Shown here: positions 1 to 14,022 of the stretch, piece after piece
Numbering within the stretch: position 1 is the stretch's first letter
Layout: each line of letters opens with the position of its first letter
Assembly (NCBI RefSeq): GCF_963921235.1
Contig: NC_086097.1
Span: 154,568,001 to 154,632,000 of the forward strand
Length of the DNA stretch: 64,000 bases
Direction: 5' to 3'
DNA from: Mobula hypostoma
Taxonomy: Eukaryota
Translations under genes and position numbers: made by a program
The notes under the pieces: generated by a model
What the model saw: only the letters and a program-made list of their open reading frames with translations
The model's database searches: none
Told to the model about the DNA's origin: nothing

Positions 1-1634
1 TCAACCATAATCTTTCCTGGATCTTTCATTGTTGTCTTGCTGCTTCAAGCTGTCTGGATCCAAAATGACGAGGTCCTGAATGGCACTGGGGTCTTAATGT
101 CAAATAGACTCGGCGACTGGGGAAAGGGGTGTGGTGGGATGAGCAAGTACTACTCAAGTCAATGGCTCACAAGCTCCTGCCACAGACTCTCAGTGATTTG
201 AATGTGTGCACATCAAACATATTCAAAAAATGTCATGACGTTTTATAAATTAAGCTGTTTTCAAATTATCTTAGCATAAATTAGGAACTCCATTTAATCT
301 ACATATTAAATCTATATTTCCCATTAATTTTCTTTTATCCAGAATTTCTAATACTGAAACATCTCAAAATTATAGATATATCAGTGATAGGGTGTCAAAG
401 CATTTAGAAAGATTTCAGATGCTCACTGTGGGTTTGTGAAGAATAAATCATTGCTCTCCAATCTTGTTTGATTGGACGAATGCCAAGACATTGTCTATGA
501 TTATTTATGTCAATCCTCAGAAGCAAAATCATGGAAGATTAATTTAAATGTAGTTATTGCATATTTCCTGCTGGTCCACTGTCTCAAATCACTGTCCTTC
601 AGAGTGTCACCTTTCTACAAATGCCTCCTTAAAGACTAGTTTCTGTGACCAGGCCTGACACTGGCAATCTCCTCGTCCCACCATCAACTGGGCTTTGGGT
701 ATCAAGGTCACTGCTGTCACTTCCAGGAGTCTTCCTCTGAAACCTGTAGGTCATTAGGGAAAACTCTAATGAAATCACTTGTCACTCTGTTTAAGGAAAT
801 GTGACTAGCCTGGGGATTTCTCCCATGGCCTTGGTTGATCTTAAGAAACATTGATTTCTTCAAATAGGAAGACAACTTTCCTTTCAAGTATGAGAAGTCC
901 TGTACAATATGGGTTAGTTGTCAAGCCTACTTGCCAATGACATTACTTCTAGTGGTTTGATAAATATACTGTTTTCTATTTGAGTGACTATCTGGTGTGA
1001 ATAATATATATAATCAATAAAAGGTTGCATCTTCTTTACATTGAGTGGAGAGCATCCATCATCAAGGACCCCATCTGTCCAGTCCATTCCCACTTCTCAC
1101 TTCTAACATTGGGCAGAAGGTACAGAAGCTTTAGGTCTCACCCCACCAAGTTCAAGAGCAGTTATTACCTTCCAATGACCAGGCTCCTGAACCAGCGTAG
1201 ATAACTTCAGTACTCTGCACTGATTCTATGACTTGTAGACTCACTTTCAAGGACTCTTTACAACTCAAGTTCTTGTTTGTTTGTTTTATACACAGTTTGT
1301 CTTGTCTTTGCCCATTGATTATTTGTCAGTCTTTGATTATGTATAGTTCTTTGTAAAATTCTATGATAGAGTCATAAACACTGCAGGGCAGAAGCGGGCT
1401 CTTTGCTCCATCTAGTCCATGCTGAACCATTAACCTGACTTGTTCCATCAACCTGCGCCCGGACTATAGCCTTTCATACATCTCCCAATAGAGTCATATA
1501 TTATATTTATTCCTATAAATGCCTGCGAGAAAATTAATCTCAGGATAACGTGATAACATACAGTATGCATACTTTGATAATAAATTTACTTTGAACACAT
1601 ATAACGTAAAATTGTTGAATTTCTCTTGAACCAG

Positions 1635-1720
1635 CAATGAACGGGAGAGACTCTTGGAGAAGCTGTATATTTTAATGCTTGCCACCCTTCAGACTACAAT
1701 TTGGTCTCCAGTGTTATGTT
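1635..1720 (+). CDS. COL9A1-like: Putative signal-peptide exon (NERERLLEKLYILMLATLQTTIWSPVLC)
   Basis: ccag acceptor, gtaagt donor at 1721, hydrophobic open frame ending in phase 1, compatible with the next exon; in-frame ATG at 1675. Confidence 0.6.
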
Positions 1721-1954
1721 GTAAGTAACATGTTTTTAGAATATTTATGTAACTTTTGAAATGCTTGAAGGTAACTAGCATATAAAATTGATTAACTTGA
1801 AAAGATTAATTGGTCCATAAAGCTGGATTTGTATTAGGTTCAGTGTTACTGTGTGTGAAAGTGTGAACAACAGTCCCATCCAAGCTATATCACCTCTCTT
1901 ATCCTTACACCAACCACACTGTACCCTATTCCTTAAACCATCCAACATGAAGTA

Positions 1955-3547
1955 CAGTTTCCCCCGCCATCTGAAGGTAGAGTGTTCCTATGAAATGGTT
2001 CGTAAGCTGGAATGTTGTAAAGCGAAGAAGCAATTACCATTTATTTATATGGGAAAAATTTGTGAGTGTTCGCAGACCCAAAAATAACCTACCAAATCAT
2101 GCCAAATAACACATAAAACCTAAAATAACACTAACATATAGTAAAAGCAGGAATGATATGATAAATACACAGCCTATATAAAGTAGAAATACTTTTCCAC
2201 AATCATTGCTGCACTGTTCTCCGTAGTGAAAATCTCACGCAAGCACTCTCGGCAGAAACACGGCGCAAGCGCTCTCCAGTAACCTTTAAGATATGGAGCT
2301 GCCAAATCATACAAAATAACATGTAAAAATACACAGCCGATATAAAGTAGAAATAATGTACGTACAGTGTAGTATCACTCACCAGAATTGGGACAGCGCC
2401 GAACGCACTGATGATGGTGTGTTAGGCTGAGTCGTCGGAGGTTGGAGTGGTGCAGTGGCCTCCACACTCTGGGCTGCCGACCAATACCGACCCGCGAAGA
2501 ATGCAGGGGTACAGCGGTGGCCGGAATGCACTCAGCACATCCTTAAGAAAAAAAGCCGAAATAAACAAGCTAATTAATTAGGTGCCGCCCAGCACGTAAA
2601 TGTCGGCCCAGATCAGAGGTGACGCAATCGGCAATCGCCTCTGATCTGGGCCGACGTGTATGTGTCGGGTGGCACCTAATTAATTAGCCTGTTTATTTTG
2701 GCTTTTTTCTTAAAGATGTGCTGGGTGCGTCCTGACTACCGCTTCATTCTTCGCGAATCAGTATCTGTCTGCGGCCCGGGGGTTGGGGTGGTGGGACACT
2801 GGGGTGTCGTCTGTTTCCATCAGGGCAGGCAGGTCATCTTCTTCTATGTCTGCCTGCCTCAATGTCGAAGGTGGAGGTTCATCGTTTGCTGTGGCTGATG
2901 TGGAAGGCTTTCTTGACTGCTTAGCCTCGTGCATTTTTCGATCATACAGTTCTTTGTAGGCACTCAAACCATCCCGCAAATATGCCCTAAACCGACGTAC
3001 CCTTTCAAAATTAAAGTCGTATTTTATCATTGCCGCGAAAATCTCATGCAGCTGCTTCACGTTCAGTTCCTGGATGACTTCACTTTTGGTCCGTTCACTA
3101 CTGCACTTGCTTTTGATTGTTAGCCTTTCCTCTTCCAATTGCATCAGCTCTTCATCTATCAGTTCTTGGTCATGAGATGCCAAAACCTCTTCAACATCAT
3201 CTTCATCAACTTCCTCAAGCCAAACTCACGTTGTCCTTACTTCATTCACCAGGATGGAAACGCTTAATTATGTCTAGTTTTACGCTGTGTAACACCCTTA
3301 CGAGCTCTTTCAGGCTTTTCCACTACCTTAGAACTCATCTTGCTAATGGCTGCTCACAAGCACGTGTTTAAGCAATGCTGGCGAGAATGCAGTTCTGAAT
3401 CGGGGGGAGAGCGGCTGCTCGAGGCGCGCGCTGCCTTTTCTCGTAACAGCGAAAACACCTTCTGTTAGGGAAAACAGATAACTAATGTAGGTCTTTCATA
3501 ACAGTGAGGTTTTGTAAAGCGAACGTTGGAAAAGCGGGGGACACATG
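1955..3547 (-). mobile_element. Tigger/pogo-like DNA transposon deletion derivative with transposase C-terminal remnant and internal palindrome
   Basis: TA|CAGTTTCCCCCGC...GCGGGGGACACATG termini shared with 13537-13872; ORF 2758..3183 (SHDQELIDEELMQLEEE...YKELYDRK) resembles Tigger transposase C-termini. Confidence 0.75.
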
Positions 3548-3646
3548 TGTCTTGGAAGGGGAAAAAAAATGGGAAAAAATTGCCCTGCTAGTGAGAGGGA
3601 AAAAATCTCTGGAGAAGGTCTGAACGACTCTATGAAGGCCATTTTA

Positions 3647-3891
3647 TTATGTTTTATAATTCCAGAAACTAATCAAAAGAAAAACATGGGAACCAGGAAA
3701 ATGTTTCCACTTAGTTTATACTTTCCTTTTCTTTAATGAGGTATGCACATATGACATGGTGGCTTAACGACGTATGCCATTCACATACTTAAATGTAACC
3801 TGAAATGTATTATGTAAACAAACAGGAATGCTTAATCAACAATACATTTACAATATTACTCAACTATTGCAGAAATATTAAATACACTACA
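3647..3891. mobile_element. Probable solo LTR
   Basis: Similar along its length to 43317-43548, which abuts Gypsy pol remnants (shared gaatgcttaatcaa.caata.atttacaat.ttactcaa.tatt). Confidence 0.55.
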
Positions 3892-4889
3892 TCTTTTACC
3901 AATATAAACAGATAACCTTCAATTCATGACTAATTGTTTTATAGTATGTATCTGATTCTCTGTGCATTGTAGATGAATTTCTAATGACAAAATGTTCTGC
4001 TCACTTTAATCCATTCTCTAAGAATGCTACTGTTTCATAATTATACTTGTCATGGTTTATGGATTATACTCCCAGAAAACATTCTCTTGTGTCATAAAAG
4101 CTTATCTGTTTGACTTTCTATCCATCCCCTCAGTCTCTCATTTTATCTATAGATAACCTGTATTAATGTGTACATATCCAGGGTTATTTCATTTACTTCC
4201 ACTTTACAATGAAGTCTTTAAAAACAAACAGATTATTTAATTTGGCTAGTTATAATCTACAGATTGTTAACATATACTTCCTGGTGGGATCATCGATAAA
4301 ACACTTTTGTTTACAATTGCAGATAATAATCTTCGTCTGATTTAGATTCTTTATCTATTTTCCCGCTAGTTTCTCAAAACCCTATGTCTATTGCTCACAA
4401 AAGGATTTGTTCAATAATTAAATTATCCTAATTCATTCCTTTTTGTTTTAAAATCATTTAAATGATAAATAGCTTGCATTTATGACAGAAGAATTCCCTC
4501 GCCCCTTTTATGAGTCCGAGGAGATCTTTAACATGCACTTGAGAAAAGTCTTTGCAAACCAAAGAAACACTGCTAACAGTGTACACTTTCCCAGTACGGC
4601 ATTGAAATATCAAATTAGATGAGACAATCCAATATCTGCAATGGAATTTAAACCTTCATACTTACTATCTCATTGATGAATGACTTTGGGATTCTAACAT
4701 TTAACTGTCATTCATTCTTTGGGGGCACTCTTCTGTTTTTTTCTGGATGGTTGCAAAGAAAAAGCATTTCAGGATATATATTGTATACATTTCTCTGACA
4801 TTAAATGGACCTCTGAAACCTTTGAATGTGGAGATAACTCTAAGTATGATATTCTATCCACATTTCTAATTATGTTTCTTTTTATCTAG

Positions 4890-4973
4890 CTGTAGAACAG
4901 AAAATCAAGTACAATGGCCTGGAAGGCAACACTGTGTGTCCTAATGTTAGGATCGGACAAGATGACTTACCAG
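4890..4973 (+). CDS. COL9A1-like: NC4 exon (VEQKIKYNGLEGNTVCPNVRIGQDDLP-G)
   Basis: Polypyrimidine-tag acceptor, gtaagt donor, 84 nt, phase 1/1; matches the COL9A1 motif CPKIRIGQDDLPG. Confidence 0.93.
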
Positions 4974-6111
4974 GTAAGTTGTTAGACGTTAAGAGAAGCT
5001 ATGCCCTACAACACACTTGATGTCTTTTGTAATAGAGAATAGAATTCATCTCAGATGATCAAATTTTGTTTCAGTCCAGACTGACTCATATTCATAGAAA
5101 AAAAAATCTGAAGGGGCTCATATCTCACTTTGACTTTGATTTTAAATATATTTGAAAACCTCGTGATCTGTAGCACAATCACTCAATCTACTCCACTGCT
5201 ACTGTCATAGGTGCTGCTATTGTCACGTTTCCTTACCGCTCCCTCCATCCTTTACCACCTACCCTCTTCTCTTGTGGTAGGTGAATATCCTACCACAATT
5301 CTCACAAAAAGACCAATTGCTAAAATCCATCGGCCATTAATGTTGCCACCAAAGAAATAAGAGGAATTTATTTCAGTAATTTGAATCACTTACTAACCAG
5401 TGCAAATACTTTGTTACTCAATTATATGAGTTGCAGATTTCCAGTCACCATGATATATGATATGTAAAGCTTCCCAAATAAATAAGAAACTTAAAAAAAA
5501 AATGTTCCAAACTCTGAAACTTTTTGCAATGACCGCTGGTTGCTGGAATTTTTAAAATTACCATCTTGTGCAGTTGCCAAGCTTTCAGCTAAAATACATG
5601 GTATTTATTAATATATTAGATTTTCTTTATTGTGAGGGTACTAAACATGAGAAATTCTACAGATGCTGCAAGTTCCAAAGCAATGCACACAAAATACTGG
5701 AGGAACTCAGCAGATCAGGCAGCATCTATGGAAATGAATAAACCGTCAGTGTTTTGCACTGAAACCCAGCATTTTGTGTGTGTTGCTATTAATTATACAC
5801 TGTATGATGCACGATCCATTTAGTAGAATTGATACTGACATAGAGGAAGCCCATTTAGTGACTGAAATTGATGTGATATTCTTCAATGCGTATAAAAATA
5901 AAAATTGCCTGAACTATTCAGTAGGTGATGTAGCATTCGCAAAAAGAGAAACAGTGAACACTTAAAGTTTGATATCCAGTTCTTTTGAAGAGTACGCAAC
6001 CAGAACTGTGATCTCCATAAACAGTGCCTGACCTGCTGAATATTTACAGCATTTTCAGCATCATCAGCGGTTGTTTTTGTATTCTGATCTTTTCCTCTCC
6101 TGCCCTGTCAG

Positions 6112-6241
6112 GATTTGACCTCACCAGCCAATTCCAGTTGGATTCTACTCCACTGCAGAGTGTGAGGACAGTGGAAGGCTCCACCCCACTGCAGATTGAC
6201 TTCAGGCTTGACGGAGAGGCAAACTTTGAAATTCCAACGAG
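6112..6241 (+). CDS. COL9A1-like: NC4/TSPN exon (FDLTSQFQLD...ANFEIPT-R)
   Basis: ctgtcag acceptor, gtggga donor, 130 nt, phase 1/2; lies within ORF 6024..6326. Confidence 0.93.
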
Positions 6242-7599
6242 GTGGGAAACACTTTTGCGAACTCTGCTGAGCAGCAATGCTGCCGCATGGGAACAAATTC
6301 TAAAGGCAAACTGTAACAGTTTTTAGCATCTCCACATACCCGTTTATGATTTAGAGTGTTAGTATTGTTTGACCTGGTATTGACATTGATTGTTCAAACC
6401 CTAGATACTGAAAGAAGTGCTTTATATTACCTAATCAAGAAATCAAGGAACAACTATGGGAGCAACGAAGGATAGAATCAATAGAGCTGAATTGAGTAAT
6501 AGTACCAAGAGAGGAAAAAAGAATCAGGTTTAATATCACTGGCATATGTCATGAAATTTGTTGTCTTTGCAGCAGTAGTACAATTCAATACATAATAATA
6601 GATAAAAACTGTCCATCCAGAAATCAGATGGCAGAGAGGAAGATGCTGTCACTGAATCATTGAGTGTGATGAGTGTATGTCTTTAGGCTTCTGTACCTCC
6701 TTCCTGAAGGTAGCAATGAGAACAATGCATGACCTGGGTGATAGGAGTCATGTAGATGGATGCTACCTTTTGAGGCATTGCTCCTTGAAGATGATAACAT
6801 TTACTGACCATATGTTGAGCATAATTGGATTTGTCAGTTGGTGGCCAGATAGACTCCAAATTTGTTTAGATGCAACCAAAAACACAACTTGCAGATTAAA
6901 AAGTTGAACAAGATTTGTAAAACTTGGGCTTGCTGGAGAGACGGAGATGGTGAAAGAGAGCTTGGGCCCACCTGCCTGTTTCCGCCAGCTTATTTAAGGG
7001 TATGTGGCCAAAATCTTTCAAAGTCAGAAAATTAGAACTCTAATCAATATCAATGTGCTCACTCTATAAAAAATTATTGAGGGCTGGCCACCCGGGTTAA
7101 AATAACTGAGGGTTGTAACAATAAAGTAATTTATTTTGATGTGACTTTAGGCTCTTGGTTATTTAAGGGTAACATTTGTGTTGTACTGCTTGATGATGCC
7201 ATAAAATGTCTTTGGAAGTTGTTACAAACCTAACAGGAAGGATGTCATTAAAGATTGTCTGCAGTATTATTTAACCTGAGTGTGGGAAATGTATCCCCAA
7301 AGTGTTTAAAGCAGGATGATTGATTCATATCTCACAGGCTATAATTGCTACCATTTAGAAACAATTTTGCTTGTCAAGGTGAGCTATTTTACCATCACTG
7401 ACTGAGGGTAAACAACATATTTCAACACTACTTCCCTAAATAGAGGGATGCGTAGATTCAATTTCTTACCAACTATTCCTGCTTTACAGCTGCATTCTTG
7501 CAAGTTATGCAATGGGAAGTTATGGCATAGGATAGACCAGCCATTATCATATTGAATAGCCGTGAGGTCAAATGACCTATTTTTTTGAAGAATACATCT

Positions 7600-9062
7600 C
7601 ACAACAGTCTGAACACATCATCAGTGATGTAACCTGGGGTCTTTGGGTATTTTGGGTCTTTCAACATCAGGCACCCCCACCCAGGCGACTAAGATGTGGT
7701 TGATCAAGGCACGAATTCTGTTCAGGTAGCGTGTGCTGTAGTTGCCCCATGGACTTCCTCTCTACATCCAGAGCCATCTTGAGGCTTTCTCTGCTGCCTC
7801 GATAATGTTGCCAGTGGCTCTCTGCCTCCTTGTACCGGCGATGCCCAATGCGCTGAGGACCCTGTGAAGACTGTCTAGCGAAGACACGGCAGCCCACTTC
7901 AACAGGCTTGCACTTTGCCTTCCATCTCCACCTCCGACAGTCACTGACCAGTTTGTCATATCTGGCAAGCTTCCTCTTACGGGCCTCCTCCAGATGCTCC
8001 TCCCATGGCACTGTCAGCTCCAGCAGGATGATGTATTTTGCTACCTCTGTGACCAGGAGGATGTCTGGTCTCAAGGTGGTCTTGACAATGTGCTGTGGGA
8101 GCTTTGGTTGTTTCTCCACGTTGGTCATGAGCGGGTCCCAAAATCCCCGTGGGCGGCTTTACTCTCGCTTCTCGTTGCTCTCCAGCTCTCACAAAGGTGG
8201 TGGTTCGATTGCAAAGTTGAGCTTGTTTGCTGTTACTGATTCTTAAGATGATTGCTTCCGTGGGTGTCCTCAGAAGGTGGTCATGTTTCTAGTGGTATCG
8301 ACCCTCTCCTAGAGCTTTCAGGCAGCAGCTCAGAATGTGCTCCAAGGTTCCTCTCCTGGAACACAATGGACAGTCTGGGGCATTGGCCTTCCCCCAGCAA
8401 TGCAGGTTGGATGGACTGGGGAAGATGTCATACATTTCCTAGACACGAAATTTGATTCGGTGTGGCTCTGCTCACCAGAGATCAGTCCATGTCACTCTCC
8501 TTTCCATGGCCTCACCCACCTGGTCCAAGCTCCTTGCTGCTTCATGCCCACTGCTTGGTGGATCTCTCTTCATCTATGGCTGCTCTCACTTCCTCCTGGA
8601 TGAGTCTGTGCTTCTCCCTCCCCTTAACTGTGTCACACCTGGGGACTGGGAAGCTTTCCGGGCTGGCCCTTCTTTGGGTCACCGCTCCCACCAGGACGTT
8701 GTGGCACAGCCAAGATTCAGACTGCTGCATGGTCTCTTCCACTCCCTCCCGGCCTTCACAACGACTGCTGCCTGGGCTACACTTGGGTCACAAGAGTCCC
8801 TGCACTGTATCCCCTCTCTAGCTCTTGTCACCTTGAACTCTTCCTCACGGATTTCAAGGACAGTCACAGTTTGGTGTTCTTTCCGCAGAGGGCGATGTTA
8901 CTGAGAGTCCTGGGCAATCCCAGTTACCTCCGGAGAAAGATGTTGACCTTTCTCTCTAGGTTCTCAACAGTGGAAATTGGAATTTCATATACCAGCAGTG
9001 GCCAAAGAATCCTTGATATAATGCTGTGCTGGTATATCCACACCTTAAACTTGCCAAGTATT
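7600..9062 (-). mobile_element. Hero/R2-superclade non-LTR retrotransposon 3' fragment with restriction-like endonuclease
   Basis: ORF 7667..8128 contains LRPDILL...LLELTVPWEE...KLARY...PVEVGCR (PD-(D/E)xK REL domain); multiple frameshifts. Confidence 0.8.
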
Positions 9063-11349
9063 AACCTAATCCTGCTCCCATTTGCTTCCACAGAACACAA
9101 GACAGTGTTTCTACAGAATGTTCAGAGAATTCCCAGCAGTGGGCTGGCAGAAGCTCTTGGGAAATTATAACCATAATCTCTTATCCACAACTTATCATTA
9201 ATGTATCAAGTATCCAAGCCATTTATTATAATGAATGGTATCAAAACTGGTCTCTATTATTATTTGTTAACAATTTAAATTTTAGTCCAACTGTCACATT
9301 AGATAGCAAATGACAGACTCAGTGTTATATGGAGGGAATCATAGGTTATAATTATATAATACTAGTTTGTGAATACCAATTGCACAATTACAGGACTTGC
9401 AATATTAATCAATGTGTGATAATGGAAGGAGCGACATTAATTAGCAAGTGACAATCTTACTATTACGGACACCTAATACTGGTTCTTAAATGACAACCCA
9501 TACAAAGGTGGACAGTGTATGTAATGTAGTAAGCAGCAATCTTGCAGTAGTAGGAGGTTATATGATAAACAGCTAACGTCCAGCAGCAAATTATTACAAT
9601 GAAGTTTCTGTCTGGAAAGCTTAGTTTAGCATGATTTTAATAATTAAAGAAAAATACTAAATTTATTTCCATGTTTTAACCTTGGTGAATGGATTGATAA
9701 ATGATAAGGAATTTTACAGTCCAGCACTCCCACTGGGGAGCACTACTGTCAGGCAGATTACCCCCAAGTGGATGTGAAATCATGGCATTTACAGAGGTAC
9801 GTACCTTACAAGAGTGGTTCCTTTGTTGAAAAGCCAGCTCACTGAATCTTTGCTGGTCTCCTAGTTGTCCTATTAAGGAGGTTTTACCACATTTACAGGA
9901 AATGGCTTTGTACCTTTTAACGTCATAAAGTTGTACAGCACAAGAGGCCTTTCAGCCCATCATATCTGTGCTGATCTCACTCCACTAATCACACTTACCC
10001 ACTTTGTGTCTATATCCTTTCAAGACTTGCCTACTGAAGGGCCTGTCAAAATATCTCTTGAACAGTGATTGTATTGGATAAGATCACCTCCTCTGACACT
10101 TGTTTCTGCTTTGGGAAGCAGCCACATAGTCAAGTACCCTGCCTCCTCCCTTTGGGCAGAAGATACAAAAGCTTGAAAGCATATACCGGCTTAAGGACAG
10201 TTTCTGTCCCACTGTTGCTAGATAAATGAATGGACATTTTTTTGTGATAAAATGGACTCATGGCCTCACAAACTTGGATTAGTTCTGCATTTCTGGATCA
10301 GCCAAAGGAAAGAAAGAAAGAGAACGACAATTGTCATTTCATGCAAAGTGAACATAATTTACTTAATTTTCTTATTTTTAAATAAAAATTCTTAATAAAA
10401 CAGCATTTAGATTTCATCTTGAATTGCCTTTCAACGAAGTGACTTGGCTAATTCAGAATCAGCTGCGTTATTGTGTCTCTAGTCTAGAGTACTAAGAGAC
10501 TGAAATTCTCTTTCATAAGGGCTAGGTCAGTTGTCAAATTTATACTATGTATATGGAACCATTCAACAAGATCTTGCCTGATCAGAATGTTACCTTCATT
10601 CTACATTTCAATCTATGCAAAGTAAGCTTTCTCCCTCTTGTTTATCAAACATCTATCCAAGTGTTCCCTAAAGATATTCAAAGCCTTCCGTGTATAGTCT
10701 TGCTTCATGAAACAAGCAGTGTCAGTAATCCCATTCACACCACAAGAGTTACAAAATACACATGGACTAAGATGTTAACTGTCCTGTGCTATCACCAGTG
10801 GGATCATCAGTTGATCTGCCACCCGTCTTCAGGAGTTTCGGCCCGCTTATGATCCAGACTCCCTCGAGGTGGTGGGCCAGCCAGCACCACCTCCCACTGG
10901 TGAGCTTAAAAACTTGGCATCTGCCTCTATCAGAGTTGTTGGTCACTTCCATCCAACAGATAGTCTGCTCTTCAGGTGTCTATGCAACTATTGAAGAGTT
11001 TGCAAAAGATGTCTACACTGTCTGACTATCTGCCCCTCTGGACATACTTGGTCCACACCCATGCTGATCCTTATTCTGCTGCTTCAGCTACAGTCCTGCT
11101 GGTTGACTTGATCTTTCTTCTAGTGAAGCCAAGGTCATGCAGCCACTTCTGGAGAGTGAATGCAATAAACCCACAGCAGCCTACTTTGAATGGATAGCAT
11201 GAGATCTTCCACCCTCTGTGTCTGCACTCTGATCTTAATTCTGCATACTTGGTTAACTTGCGCTCATAAACATTGATGCACTCACAAAGAAACCACGCCC
11301 ACAGTTCTACTTCATTAGGAGTTGAGGAGATTTAGTATGTTGCCAAAGA

Positions 11350-11820
11350 CTAGTATATTTCTACAGATGCATCATGGAGAACATTATGACTGGCTGTATC
11401 ACAACCTGCTATAGAAGCTCCAATGTGTAGGATTGAAAGGAGCTGCAGAGGGCTGTAGACTCCGTCTGGTCCATCACAGGCAAATTCCTCCCCACCTTCG
11501 ATGACAGCTTCAAGAGGTGTTGCCTCAAGAAAGTACTGTAGCATCCATTGTTAATGGACCCCACCATCTGGGACGTGCTCTCTTCTGATTACTACAACCA
11601 GGGAGAAGACACAGGAGTCTATAGGCCCACACGTAACTTTTTAGGAACAGCATCTTTCCCTCCTCCATCAGATTTTTGAGTGGTCAATGAACTCTACCTC
11701 TTTTTTTGCACTATTTATTTATGATAGTAACTTATAGTATTTTTGTCTTGCACTGTACTGCTGCCACAAAATAACAAATTTCATGACATATGTCAGTGAT
11801 AATAAATCTAATTCTGATTG
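11350..11820 (+). mobile_element. Decayed Rex1/L2-like LINE 3' fragment
   Basis: Resembles the 3' ends at 39290-39900 and 58790-59290 (ggaacagc.tctt.ccctc..ccatcaga...gtcagtgataataaa..tgatt tail). Confidence 0.6.
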
Positions 11821-12035
11821 ATTGTTAAGCCTAAATCTGAACCCTTAGCATATGTCTTGGACAAATCTTTCTGCACTGCAAATAAAACTACTATTTATTT
11901 TAACGTACGTTTTCTGTGCCTTGATGCATTTGAAGAATACAATATAAAAACAAAGAGCGAAAGCTACCTGAATGACTGGCAATTGGTAAAAGCTCCTAGA
12001 CTATCTAATATAAATGATTATTTGATATCTTCCAG

Positions 12036-12432
12036 AATAATTTACCCACAAGGGCTGCCTGAAGAGTATTCCTTTGTCACCACCTTCAGGAAGGTGAAAA
12101 ACACAGTTAACAAAGTGTGGAATGTATGGCAGATTATGGATGAAAATGGCAATAAACAAGTTGGTCTCAGACTGAATGGGAACACCCAGTCCTTGGAGTT
12201 TTACTTAGTCGGTTTGGGTGATAGCTTGCAATCTGCCATGTTTCAAGGAGTTTCGCAGATTTGTGATACTGACTGGCATAAGATCCTGGTGGGTGTGGAG
12301 ATGGAGAGAGTCAATTTATTTGTGGACTGCCATCATGTAGCATCCCAACATATCAAACCAAAGGGTACCATTAATGTTGACGGTGATACTCTGATTGGCC
12401 GACTGGATGCAAACCCTCAAGTATCTGTGGTG
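12036..12432 (+). CDS. COL9A1-like: NC4/TSPN (laminin-G-like) main exon
   Basis: ttccag acceptor, gtgagc donor, 397 nt, phase 2/0; YPQGLPEEYSFVTTFR, WNVWQI, WHKILVGV, LFVDC, NPQVSV; core of ORF 11818..12492. Confidence 0.96.
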
Positions 12433-13536
12433 GTGAGCCAACCTTCCTCTTTTATTCTCGTTGCAATTGTGGCTATAATCAAAGTATTATGAAATAGTTG
12501 TTCCTAACATTTCTATCTGTCCATATTCTTCCTTCATAATATTTATCTAAATATCCAGAGTTTGTTAAAGCAAAGCAGCGGACCTCCAAATGTATCTGAA
12601 GTTAAAATGTGATAAGTTACTAGTACAAAATGCGCAGATACGTAACACTCAGTGAAAGGGCCACGCTAGTGTGTTTCTGTAGTGAACAAATTGGCTACTC
12701 AGTCTATAACCATCAGTATGGAGCTGCCTGGCTCAGATATTTGCTTGATCTGTCTTACAGGGGGTAGAATTTGATCCGGTTTCCAGTGACAGTTGTTGAT
12801 GGAACCCAGAGAAGATTTGTTTACCAACAATATCCCCCATTCCTCAGCACCAATCCCTTCTCCCACCCCCAACCCCATCCCACCCTCAAGAAGATCGGTA
12901 GCAGGTGTAAGAGGCAACATCTACAGGTTTCTGGAAGTAAAACAGATTCTGTTCTCAAGATTGTGTGGAGTTTCTACATGGTGTAGATGTTGTTAGAATA
13001 ATGTCTGCTCAAGCGGCTGACAAAAGTGAAGTAGTAGCACCTGAGTGCCGGTTAATAATGACATATCGGTTGTGTGGATTAGTGATTGAGGAAGGGGATC
13101 AGGTGTGGGGTGGATCAATAAAATGCCACGATTCATTTTAAATGGGATGTTTCCACTTTCTGCAGAAGCTGCCTGGATCACAGGGCAGGATATAGAGCTT
13201 GTTAGTTCTGTAATTCAGTCAGTAGAAATTGAATGGTTAGGTCTCCATCTCCAAATGCTCATTATGAAATTGCAATGCATACTCGAAGGTCCTGATGAAT
13301 GAGCAACGTATGACTGGTCCTAGGGTTTCTCATTTTAAGACTTGTTTTCATTTAGCAACAGTTTCTTTTCTGTACCCTTGTGATTTTGATTTGTTACCTA
13401 ACTTACATTGTTATCTAATAAGAATGTATTTATTGGATTCACACTGCAAAGTTCTTTTCTTGAAAAATAATCTCGTTTTAAAGGATTCTTTGATCTGACA
13501 CATTCATTCTCAAAACTACAGTAAATATATCGCATA

Positions 13537-13872
13537 CAGGTTTCCCCCACTATCCGAAGGTAGAGCATTCCTATGAAACGGTTCGTAAGCCGGAACGTCA
13601 TAACCTCGTAAAGTGAATAAGCAATTACCGTTTATTAATATGGGAAAAATTTTTGAGCGTTCCCAGACCCAAAAAATAACCTACAAAATCATGCCAAATA
13701 ACACACAAAACCTAAAATAACAGTAACATATAGGAGCTTGGCTGTTTGGGCGCACGCTGCCTTTTTCATAACACTGAAAACACCTTCTGTTAGTGAAAAC
13801 AGGTAACTAATGTAGGTCTTTCATAACAGCGAGGTGTAGTAAAGCGAATGTTCGGAAAACGGGGGCCACCTG
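13537..13872. mobile_element. Non-autonomous Tigger-like MITE (336 bp)
   Basis: TA target-site duplication (13535-36, 13873-74); TIRs CAGGTTTCCCCC / GGGGGCCACCTG; both ends match 1955-3547. Confidence 0.85.
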
Positions 13873-14022
13873 TATTAGTTCTAGGACTGATACTTACTAA
13901 AGTTTCTATGAAAGAGAATGTGATTTGCAAGTGTGGTGCAAATGTGATCTAAGGTAGTAAATAGCTGGTAATCCTTAGTGCATGATATAAATCAGTGACT
14001 TGTTCAGTGGTGATTGCACAAA

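Noticed and set aside
9720..9796. Exon-like segment with tttacag acceptor and gtacgt donor
   Set aside because: 77 nt, would frameshift NC4, and the flanking exons already join seamlessly (IPTR-IIYP); no recognisable homology.
10792..10903. 12-bp inverted repeat tcaccagtggga / tcccactggtga
   Set aside because: Single short pair with no clear TSD or second copy in the window.
11818..12492. 224-aa ORF as a stand-alone gene
   Set aside because: Only 12036-12432 is TSPN-like and it is bounded by splice sites; the rest is intron read-through.
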